Shown here piece after piece: positions 55,137 to 64,000 of a stretch of DNA of 64,000 nt (within the stretch, counting starts at the first letter, position 1; each line of letters begins with the position of its first letter). The stretch is from NCBI GenBank assembly GCA_965203355.1, contig OZ241889.1, forward strand, positions 2,016,001 to 2,080,000, in the 5' to 3' direction. Made by a program: the position numbers and the translations under genes. Origin of the DNA: Candidatus Latescibacterota bacterium. GTDB lineage: Bacteria; Latescibacterota; UBA2968; UBA8231. The notes under the pieces are model-generated. The model was given only the letters and a program-made list of their open reading frames with translations, made no database searches and was not told the origin of the DNA.

Positions 55137-56144
55137 ATGCGTCTGCTACTAATTGGGGCGGTCGCGCTTGTTGCCGCTGGCTGCGGTGGCGAATCAGGCG
55201 ACGCGCCCGCCGAGAAAAAAATCGTCTGGTACGCTTTGATGGTCCACCCCTATGTCGAGGAGGTGCAAAAAGGGGTGATCGGCTACGAGCGCGACACCGG
55301 GATCAAGATCAAGCGCCAGATCGGCCAAAACTGGACCCAAGATAACGAAAACGCCAACGTCGAGCCGCTGGCCGCTCAGGGTTACAAAGGCTTCTCGCTC
55401 TACCCAGCCGACGCCAGCGCGGCCAACGGACTCTACGAAGAATTGGTGCAAAACGGGGCCTATGTCGTCAGCTATGGAGCACCGACGATGCGGCCGACGC
55501 CCGCGTCGTTTTGCGTGGCGACCGATGTCAAACAGGCCGCGATGGAGGCGACCGAGGCCCTGATCGGCTTTATGGGCGGCAAAGGCCACATCCTAAACGT
55601 GCTCGAACTGGTCGAAGACCCCAACACCATCCTGCGCAAAGAAGGGGTCGAGGCCGCGGTGGCCAAGTATCCAGCGGTCCAGATCGTCCAGGAAATCGCC
55701 GGCATGGAGTCGATTGAGACCAGCACCGCCAAAATCCAAGACGCGCTCTCGGCGCGGATCGAGGAGATTGACGGGGTGATTTGCACGGGGTACACGCCGA
55801 CCGTGGCCGCGGCGACCATCCTGTCGGAGTGGAACCAAACCCCGGGCCACAAGCGCATCCACTTCGTCGGCATTGACACGGACTCGGTGGTGCTCGACGC
55901 GATCCGCCGGGGGGCCATTGACGCGACCCTCTCGCAGAATCCCTACGGCCATGGCTACATCACGTGTGCGCTGTTGAGCTATTTGCTCGACGGATGGCAG
56001 GCTAATCCCGACCACTACTTCATCAACTCGGGCACGGTGCTGGTGACCAAAGACAACGTCGATACCTTTGACGCCGAGGTCAGGGCTATCACCGCGCAGA
56101 TTATGGGCGAGTTAGAGACCAAATACCTCAGCCCGCCCCGCTGA
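55137..56144 (+). CDS. Sugar ABC substrate-binding lipoprotein
   Basis: AAGGAG RBS, lipobox AAGC, RbsB-like motifs (FVGID, TLSQNPYGHGY). Confidence 0.85.
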   Translation: MRLLLIGAVALVAAGCGGESGDAPAEKKIVWYALMVHPYVEEVQKGVIGYERDTGIKIKRQIGQNWTQDNENANVEPLAAQGYKGFSLYPADASAANGLYEELVQNGAYVVSYGAPTMRPTPASFCVATDVKQAAMEATEALIGFMGGKGHILNVLELVEDPNTILRKEGVEAAVAKYPAVQIVQEIAGMESIETSTAKIQDALSARIEEIDGVICTGYTPTVAAATILSEWNQTPGHKRIHFVGIDTDSVVLDAIRRGAIDATLSQNPYGHGYITCALLSYLLDGWQANPDHYFINSGTVLVTKDNVDTFDAEVRAITAQIMGELETKYLSPPR

Positions 56145-56147
56145 TTC

Positions 56148-57652
<1,505 letters not shown>

Positions 57653-57656
<4 letters not shown>

Positions 57657-58618
57657 CTATGGAACGCTTGCACAGACTCATGCGGCACAATGACGCCGGG
57701 ATCGCCTTGTCGGCGGGGCTGCTGTTTGTGGGGTGTGCGCTCAGCTCGGAGAGCTTTCTGTCGGCGTACAACCTCTTCAATATTTCCCGGATCGTGGCGT
57801 TCTCGGCGTTGGTGGCGCTGGCCCAGGCGGTGGTGTTGGTGGCCGGGGGGATGAACCTGTCCGTGGGAGCTATTGGCGGCGTGGCGACGATTGCCACTGG
57901 ATACTGCATTGAGGTGTTGGGTTGGCCCGGGTGGTTAGCGGCGTTGGTGGCGCTGGGGATTGGCGGCGCGGCTGGGGGGGTCAACGGAGTCATTATCACG
58001 CGGTTGCAGATCAATTCCTTCATTGCCACGCTGGCCACGCTTTTTGTCTTTACCGGGCTAGTGCATGGGTTTTCCGAAGGCTACGCCTATACGGACATCC
58101 CACGAGAATTTACGTTCTTGGGGCGGCAAAAGTTTTTGGGGCTGTCGAATTTGTTCTGGACGATGGGGTTGGTACTGCTGGCGACGCACTACGCCTTCCG
58201 GCACACGGTTTTCGGGCGGCGGCTGTTGGCGACCGGGGGAAATCAGGAGGCGGCCCGGCTGGCCGGGATCAATACCGACCGAATGATTTTGCTGTCGCAT
58301 GTGTTTTCGGGTGGTGTGGGGGCGCTGGCCGCGGTGTTGTGGGTCTCGCGGATGGGCTCGGCACAGCCGGCGACGGGCAAAGATTGGCTGATTACCAGCT
58401 TTGCGGTGGCCATTGTCGGCGGGACTGGGTTGACCGGCGGGCGCATCTCGGCACTGGGCCTGCTGCTGGGCGCGGTCATCATCGTCCTCATCAAGAACGG
58501 CTTGGTGATGCTGGAGGCCAACGTCTATTACGAACAGGCGTTTTTGGGATCGATCATCCTGTTGGCCGTGGTGGTGAGCCGGGTGCGGGATTTGTACGGG
58601 GGGCGGAGTCGAGGTTAG
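57653..58618 (+). CDS. Sugar ABC permease
   Basis: GGMNLSVG, GGNQEAARLAGI, FAVAIVGGT. Confidence 0.9.
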
Positions 58619-58629
58619 CGGGCGAACTG

Positions 58630-58667
58630 TTGACAGGACTCGCTTTTGTAGCTACACTAGAGCTACA
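58630..58667 (+). promoter_or_regulatory. TA-module promoter with overlapping palindromic operator
   Basis: TTGACA-N17-TACACT; perfect palindrome TGTAGCTACA (58647-58656) and a second AGCTACA half-site (58661-58667). Confidence 0.75.
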
Positions 58668-58685
58668 TATTAGGAGGGCATACAG

Positions 58686-58943
58686 ATGAGAACTGACACG
58701 GTCGTACGCGCTCGGATTGATAGCGAGACCAAAGAACGAGCGGCGGAAGCACTACAAGCAATGGGCTTGTCGGTGTCGGACGCCATTCGCCTGTTGTTGC
58801 TGCGCGTGGCGGATGAGAAGCGGCTGCCTTTTGCCGTTCAAGCACCGAATGCTACCACTGTTAAGGCGATAAAAGAATTAGACGAGGGCAAGGGCAAACG
58901 CTTCGGTAACGCCGAGGAACTGTTCCAAGACCTCGGGATCTGA
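58686..58943 (+). CDS. dinJ: RelB/DinJ family antitoxin
   Basis: VVRARID..TKERA...L..MGLSVSDAIRL.L...A..K.LPF....PN..T. Confidence 0.9.
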   Translation: MRTDTVVRARIDSETKERAAEALQAMGLSVSDAIRLLLLRVADEKRLPFAVQAPNATTVKAIKELDEGKGKRFGNAEELFQDLGI

Positions 58944-58944
58944 C

Positions 58945-59217
58945 GTGCTGATCCCGGTTCGCTCCGCGCAGTTTAAGCGCGACGTGAAAAGAGCCGAGAA
59001 GCGCGGCAAGTCCCTGACCAAGCTGCGGGTGTTGTTGGCGTTGTTGATCCAGCAGGATCCGTTAGCTGCCCGCCATTTTGATCACCCGCTACGGGGCATT
59101 TGGAAAGGCTACCGGGAAGCTCACATTGAGCCGGACTGGCTCTTGATTTATCGCGTCCAAGGCGTCGAGTTGCACCTAGTTCGCACCGGTTCCCATGCTG
59201 ATCTGTTTAAAACATAA
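58945..59217 (+). CDS. yafQ: YafQ family mRNA interferase toxin
   Basis: QFKRDVK, DHPLRG.WKGYREAHIEPDWLLIY, RTGSHADLF. Confidence 0.92.
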   Translation: MLIPVRSAQFKRDVKRAEKRGKSLTKLRVLLALLIQQDPLAARHFDHPLRGIWKGYREAHIEPDWLLIYRVQGVELHLVRTGSHADLFKT

Positions 59218-59308
59218 GTCAGAATCCCAATATCATTATAGAGTACGTGTAGTCGCCGCCGACCCAGCCAAAACGACTTAGGCCGACGGCGGCCTAAGGG
59301 GCCAAGCC

Positions 59309-62143
59309 CTACTCTTCCTCTGGATAGAGCACCACCCGCACGTAGCGGTCCATGTTGAAATACTGCTGTGCTGCCTGCTGCACGGCATCCCCAGTTAGCG
59401 AATCGACCAACGCTGGATACTGAATCAATAGCCGCGGGTCAACCCCGTTGAAATCGAGGTACTCCAGCGACCCGACCCAGAAGCTGTTCTCCTTGAGGTC
59501 TAGCTCGCGCTGGCGCTTGTGCATTTCCTTTACCTTATCGACGTAGAGATCGGTGGTGCCGACGGTTTTTAGGCTGTCGATTTGCTCAAAGATCACTTGC
59601 GTCAGTTCCTCGACGCGCTCGGGATCGCTGCCAAAGGAAATGGAGATGCGGTACTCCTCGTCCGGGTAGTGCGAGCTGTTGCTGCTGACCCAGACTCCAT
59701 AGGTGCCGCCTAAGTCCTCGCGCAACACCTCGCGCAGCTTGATTTGCAGCACGTCCGTCATGGCCCTGAGTTCGAGGTTGTTTTTCCAGCCGTCGTATGC
59801 AAAGGGGCCGGTGAAAATCATCTGCGACTGGCTCTTGGGTTCTATGCCGCGATAGACCGCTTTGTCGATCACGCCCGCCGGGGCCTCAAGGCCGACATCG
59901 CGCCAAGTCTCCTCCCGCCCGGTGGTCGGCAAGCCGCCCAAATAAGTGCGCACCAGCGGCTCCATGGCTTCGAGGGTGAAGTTGCCGACCAAGAAAAAGG
60001 AGAAGTCACTGGCGTCGGCAAAGCGATCTTGGTACGCCGCCATGGACGCGGCCAAGTCCATCTCGTCGAGCAGCTCCAGCGACCAAGGACGCGCCCGGTG
60101 GTGATATTGGGCCATGGTGACGGCTATGGTGTCGCCGAAAGCGGTCTCCGGGCGGGCACTGCGATTCTCGATGGAGCCTTTCATGCGCGTCCGATAGGCT
60201 TGGAAGGCCGTGCTGTCTGGTCGCGGCGCGGTGAAGAAAGCGTAGATCAGCTCGAACATGGTATGGACGTCTGCGGGCGAGGCCGAGCCGGAGATGCCCT
60301 CGCGCAAACTGCTGATCCACGGCGAGACCCGCACCACTTTGCCGGCCAGTTTCTTCTCCAGCTCGATCTTGTTAAACGGCCCCACGCCGCCCTCGCTCAC
60401 CACCGCGGTCGCCGTCGAGGCCGCCACGTAGTCGGCGTCGGGGACCAGCGAGTGCCCGCCGGGGCTGTAGGCCCGGAAGAGGATTTCGTCGTTTTTGAAG
60501 TCGGTCGGCTTCAGGCATACGCGGATGCCGTTGGCGAGCGTCCACCAAGTCGCGCCGATCTCGGGGATTTCGCTGCGTTCGACGATTTCAGCCGGGGCGG
60601 GTACGTGCGCCACGAGCGGCTCGTCGGACACCTCGTCCGCGTACGGCGCGATCTCCTGCTGCGCCACCTCGGTGAAAATCGCCAGTAGATCCTGTTGGCT
60701 GGGCACGGCGATGCCCTCTTGCTCGGGCGCCTGCACGGCGATCACGCGATTTTTTTCGCTCGTCCACTCACTGGCCAGCGCATTGACCTCGGCCAGCGCA
60801 ATGCCGGGTACCAGTTTTTGGTAGAGTTCGTACTGCTTGGCAATGCCGGGGATGGCCTCGTCGGTCAGCAGGTGGCTCACGTACTTAGCGGCGAGACCGC
60901 CGGACTGCTGCTTGTCGCGCTCGCGGTAGGTCTGCTCCATGCCGCGCAGCATTTCCTTTTTTTCGCGTGCTAGCTCGGAAGCGGTGAAGCCGTGTTTCCG
61001 CACTCTGGCGGCTTCGATCAACAGGGCCTCAAGGCCAGCGTCAAAACCGTTGTTTTGCACCCCGGCCCCGAGGATGAAAAACTCCTTGGAACGCAACCAG
61101 CGCCCCTGCCCGGAATAGGCACCTAAAAAGGGCGGCTCGGGCCGTTTGGTCAGTTCGTGCAGCCGTTGGTTGAACATCTGATGGTAGAGGGCTTCAATCA
61201 GCGCGCGGCGGTAGGTGCTCATCGTCCCTTGGGGCCGCACCGCCGTTTTGTAGTAGATACTGACGCTGTTGAAGGTGGCTTCTTGGTCGGTGGCAATGGC
61301 AAACAGCGTCTCCTCGTGGTCGGGCACCGGGAACACCGTGCGCTCGCGGGGGCTTGCCGTGGCCGGGATGCGCGCAAAATACTCCTGCACCAACGTCTCT
61401 ATCTCCGCGGGTTCCATGTCGCCGACGGCCACAAAACCCATCAGGTCGGGCCGGTACCAAGTGCGGTAAAAGCGGCGCAGGGTCTCGTGTTGAAAGGTGT
61501 CTAGCACGGCCTTCTGGCCGATGGGCAGACGCACGGCATAGCGCGAATCCTTCAGGATGATGGGCAATTGCTCGTCCAACATGCGCTGCTGCGCGCCGCG
61601 CCTCAGTCGCCACTCTTCGATGACTACGCCCCGTTCCTTGTCTATTTCTTCGGGGTCAAAGCTGATTTGGTGCGCCCAGTCTTCGAGGATTTGGAAGGCC
61701 GTTTCCACCACCTCGGTGCTGTCGGTCGGCACGGTCAGCATGTACACGGTCTCGTCGAAACTGGTGTAGGCATTCAGATCCGGCCCAAAGCGCATGCCGA
61801 TGCGCTCTAAGTAATCCACCAACTCCTGCTTGGCGAAGTTTTTGGTGCCATTGAAGGCCATGTGCTCGGCAAAGTGCGCCAGCCCTCGCTGGTTTTCGTC
61901 CTCCAGCACCGAGCCTACATTGACTACCAGTCGCAACTCGACCCGGTTTTCGGGCTTCTGGTTTTTGCGAATAACGTAGCGCAGGCCGTTGTCTAGCTGG
62001 CCGACGGTCACCAGCGGGTCAATGGGCAGATGCGGATCGGCTGGATTTTCGGCCGTCGCCTCCAGCGCGGCTTGTTGTGACGTGCTGGCGCAGGCGTACA
62101 ACAGTACTGGAAGCACGACGAACAGCGTTAAAACTCGTCTCAT
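59309..62143 (-). CDS. M16 (insulinase) zinc protease lipoprotein, PqqL-like
   Basis: GLAHFAEHMAFNGT (HxxEH), NAYTSFDET, REDLGGTYG; lipobox LYAC after ATG 62143. Confidence 0.9.
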   Translation of the reverse strand: MRRVLTLFVVLPVLLYACASTSQQAALEATAENPADPHLPIDPLVTVGQLDNGLRYVIRKNQKPENRVELRLVVNVGSVLEDENQRGLAHFAEHMAFNGTKNFAKQELVDYLERIGMRFGPDLNAYTSFDETVYMLTVPTDSTEVVETAFQILEDWAHQISFDPEEIDKERGVVIEEWRLRRGAQQRMLDEQLPIILKDSRYAVRLPIGQKAVLDTFQHETLRRFYRTWYRPDLMGFVAVGDMEPAEIETLVQEYFARIPATASPRERTVFPVPDHEETLFAIATDQEATFNSVSIYYKTAVRPQGTMSTYRRALIEALYHQMFNQRLHELTKRPEPPFLGAYSGQGRWLRSKEFFILGAGVQNNGFDAGLEALLIEAARVRKHGFTASELAREKKEMLRGMEQTYRERDKQQSGGLAAKYVSHLLTDEAIPGIAKQYELYQKLVPGIALAEVNALASEWTSEKNRVIAVQAPEQEGIAVPSQQDLLAIFTEVAQQEIAPYADEVSDEPLVAHVPAPAEIVERSEIPEIGATWWTLANGIRVCLKPTDFKNDEILFRAYSPGGHSLVPDADYVAASTATAVVSEGGVGPFNKIELEKKLAGKVVRVSPWISSLREGISGSASPADVHTMFELIYAFFTAPRPDSTAFQAYRTRMKGSIENRSARPETAFGDTIAVTMAQYHHRARPWSLELLDEMDLAASMAAYQDRFADASDFSFFLVGNFTLEAMEPLVRTYLGGLPTTGREETWRDVGLEAPAGVIDKAVYRGIEPKSQSQMIFTGPFAYDGWKNNLELRAMTDVLQIKLREVLREDLGGTYGVWVSSNSSHYPDEEYRISISFGSDPERVEELTQVIFEQIDSLKTVGTTDLYVDKVKEMHKRQRELDLKENSFWVGSLEYLDFNGVDPRLLIQYPALVDSLTGDAVQQAAQQYFNMDRYVRVVLYPEEE

Positions 62144-62567
62144 CGAAAAACTCCTGTTTTGATTGGTTAATGGCCGGTTGAGCCGCTTCAACCAGCGGTT
62201 TGTCCTAAATGGAAATCTCGCTCTGGAGTTGGTCTCGTTGACGGGCCACAGCGGCGCACAGCGCGGGTGCGTCGACATGGAGCTAACTCAGGCGCGACCA
62301 GTCGAAGCCCACAAAGCCCCTCGTACATTGGCTGGCAGTCTGCCGGGGACCCGAGGGCCGCTGGCGATGCTGGCGGTGGTTGGCGTCGAGGTCGCTGACG
62401 ATGCGTTGGTGGATTATCACGGCGGCTCATGCTCCTTGGGGAAAGATAAAGGGCCTTTAGGGAACTGAGTCAAGCGGCCAAGCGCGTAGGCCACCGGGGA
62501 ACCCGCCGCCGGAATCGGCGTATAATATCAAAGCGGCCTTGACGACCTCCACAAAAGGAATGTAGCC

Positions 62568-63125
62568 ATGATTTTTGCATTGAGCCTCATCGTCCTATGC
62601 GCTTTAGCTGGACAGACGCAGGAAAGGGAATCGAGTTCCGTTTCGGCGGATGGCGTTGTCGGCGACGAAACGAGACGGTGGGGAAGAGTGGTCACCGACC
62701 CGGATGAAACTGCCGCGTTGGGCGCGGATGAATACGAGTTAAAGGCCGCAGCCATAACAGGTGATACGCTCGCCGTGGTGGTGTCTTACGTCGGCGGCTG
62801 TGAAGATCACCTATTCACATTGGACGCATCCGGGGCCTTCATGGAGTCCGACCCGGTGCAACTCAGCGTTGCGCTTGCGCACCATGTCAACGGCGGTCCC
62901 GCCAGCGAAGTTTGTACTGCGTATATAACTGAACGCTATTTCTTCCAACTTGCCCCGCTCAAAACGCAGTATCGAGAACAGTACCAGCAGGATGCCGGCG
63001 CGATTGTGCTTCTATTCGAAGGGGCTCCGATTTCGCTCATCTACGAATTTGCCCATGCCGACGGCACGACCGCAGTGGAGGATGTCACTTGGGCGCGGAT
63101 CAAGAGTTACAGCCGCGACGAGTAG
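62568..63125 (+). CDS. Secreted hypothetical protein with C-terminal TAVE..W..IK motif
   Basis: Signal peptide; SYVGGCEDHLFTL..FMESDPVQ..L.H; ends TTAVEDVTWARIKS. Confidence 0.65.
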   Translation: MIFALSLIVLCALAGQTQERESSSVSADGVVGDETRRWGRVVTDPDETAALGADEYELKAAAITGDTLAVVVSYVGGCEDHLFTLDASGAFMESDPVQLSVALAHHVNGGPASEVCTAYITERYFFQLAPLKTQYREQYQQDAGAIVLLFEGAPISLIYEFAHADGTTAVEDVTWARIKSYSRDE

Positions 63126-63313
63126 CGTTGCCCAAAGGGATTTGCTGGCCCACCGCAAGGCCCGTCCTCGGCGGCCGGATTATGGGTTGACCCAGCATAG
63201 GCGAGGGCGTAAAATGTACTCGCTAGCACCTGCCGAGAGCCTCCCCATTCCCCTAAAACACTGTTCAGGCGCTGGTTAATCGGCCAAAATAAAAAGGAGA
63301 AAGGAGGCGCGTT

Positions 63314-64000
63314 GTGTTGTTTCGCACTCGACCGCTTCTCCTCGCCGGACTGATAGCCCTTGCTGCTTTTGTGCAATGCAGCCCATCGGCGACCCCGCCA
63401 CCACCGCCCAAGTACACCGGCGATCTTCCGGTGTTGCAATCCCGCGGCGCGTTGCGCGTCATCGTTCCTTCCGAGCCAATTGGCCATCTACCCAAATCCG
63501 CCGAACCCGTCGCGCTCGACCCGGACATCGCCCGCGGCTTGGCCGCCGCACTCGAGCTGGAAATGCAGCTAGTACGGGCCGACAGTTATGCCCAAATGGT
63601 GCAGAAACTGTTGGAAGGCGAGGGCGATATCATCGCGGCTAGCCTGACGATTACGCCGGCACGGCAAAAGCAGGGGGCGTTTTCGGTGCCGTATCGCTAC
63701 GTGAAGGAGTACCTGATTACCGGGGCTGGCGACAGCCTGCCGACGACGCTGGCCGACTTAGCCGGTATGAAAATCGGCGTCCGGCCCTCCAGCTCGCACT
63801 ACCAGACCCTATTGGAGATTCAGCAACAGGTCCCTTCGCTGCACATTCACGCGGCCGCGGAAAAGCCCGGCCTCGAACCCCTCGTCGAAGGCATTGTCCG
63901 CGGCGAATACCAAGCGACCGTAGCCGACGAGCATTTGTGGCGGTCGGTGGCCAGTTACTACGACGATATGGCTACGCCGCTGGTGCTGGCCGAAAACCGT
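63314..64000 (+). CDS. Periplasmic binding-domain lipoprotein, MltF-like (3'-partial; absent from the ORF track)
   Basis: AAGGAGG RBS and GTG 63314. Translation gives MLFRTRPLLLAGLIALAAFVQC...YTGDLPVLQSRGALRV...LLEGEGDIIAASLTITPAR...FSVPY, running off the window. Confidence 0.72.
   Translation, partial: MLFRTRPLLLAGLIALAAFVQCSPSATPPPPPKYTGDLPVLQSRGALRVIVPSEPIGHLPKSAEPVALDPDIARGLAAALELEMQLVRADSYAQMVQKLLEGEGDIIAASLTITPARQKQGAFSVPYRYVKEYLITGAGDSLPTTLADLAGMKIGVRPSSSHYQTLLEIQQQVPSLHIHAAAEKPGLEPLVEGIVRGEYQATVADEHLWRSVASYYDDMATPLVLAENR

Noticed and set aside
62188-62430. 80-aa minus-strand ORF with an AAGGAG RBS
   Set aside because: Pro/Arg-rich with no recognisable motif. It may be a decayed gene but cannot be supported.

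Overview
Window from a GC-rich (~60-65% by eye) diderm bacterium. The many secreted proteins with FlgD-Ig/T9SS-like C-terminal domains, CRTAC1/ASPIC-UnbV proteins and 'TAVE..W..IK' tails suggest an FCB-superphylum organism such as Latescibacterota or Gemmatimonadota (inference). Layout: (1) 1-3.1 kb, the end of a low-GC island with a coiled-coil/GrpE-like gene and a ZorA/ZorB-like (Zorya-type) motor pair. (2) 3.2-11.4 kb, a cobalamin-riboswitch-controlled B12 uptake operon with a decayed second BtuF. (3) 11.4-22 kb, mutarotase, sugar ABC transporter and hydrolase/dioxygenase genes. (4) 22-26.4 kb, three tandem secreted proteins sharing a near-identical C-terminal cassette, two of them frameshifted. 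(5) 26.7-55 kb, a large uncharacterised surface/secretion locus: two CRTAC1 proteins, TPR and PPIase lipoproteins, two paralogous ~950-aa putative outer-membrane barrels, a His-motif membrane protein and six paralogous discoidin-head proteins with an 'F(S/T)PNGDGxND' CTD, two of which share a ~99% identical, G+T-skewed 1.24-kb 3' segment. (6) 55-64 kb, sugar ABC transporter, DinJ-YafQ, M16 protease and a partial MltF-like gene. The strongest candidates for an undescribed system are locus (5) and the GrpE-linked Zorya-like island. All family calls come from motif recognition by eye; no database search was run.
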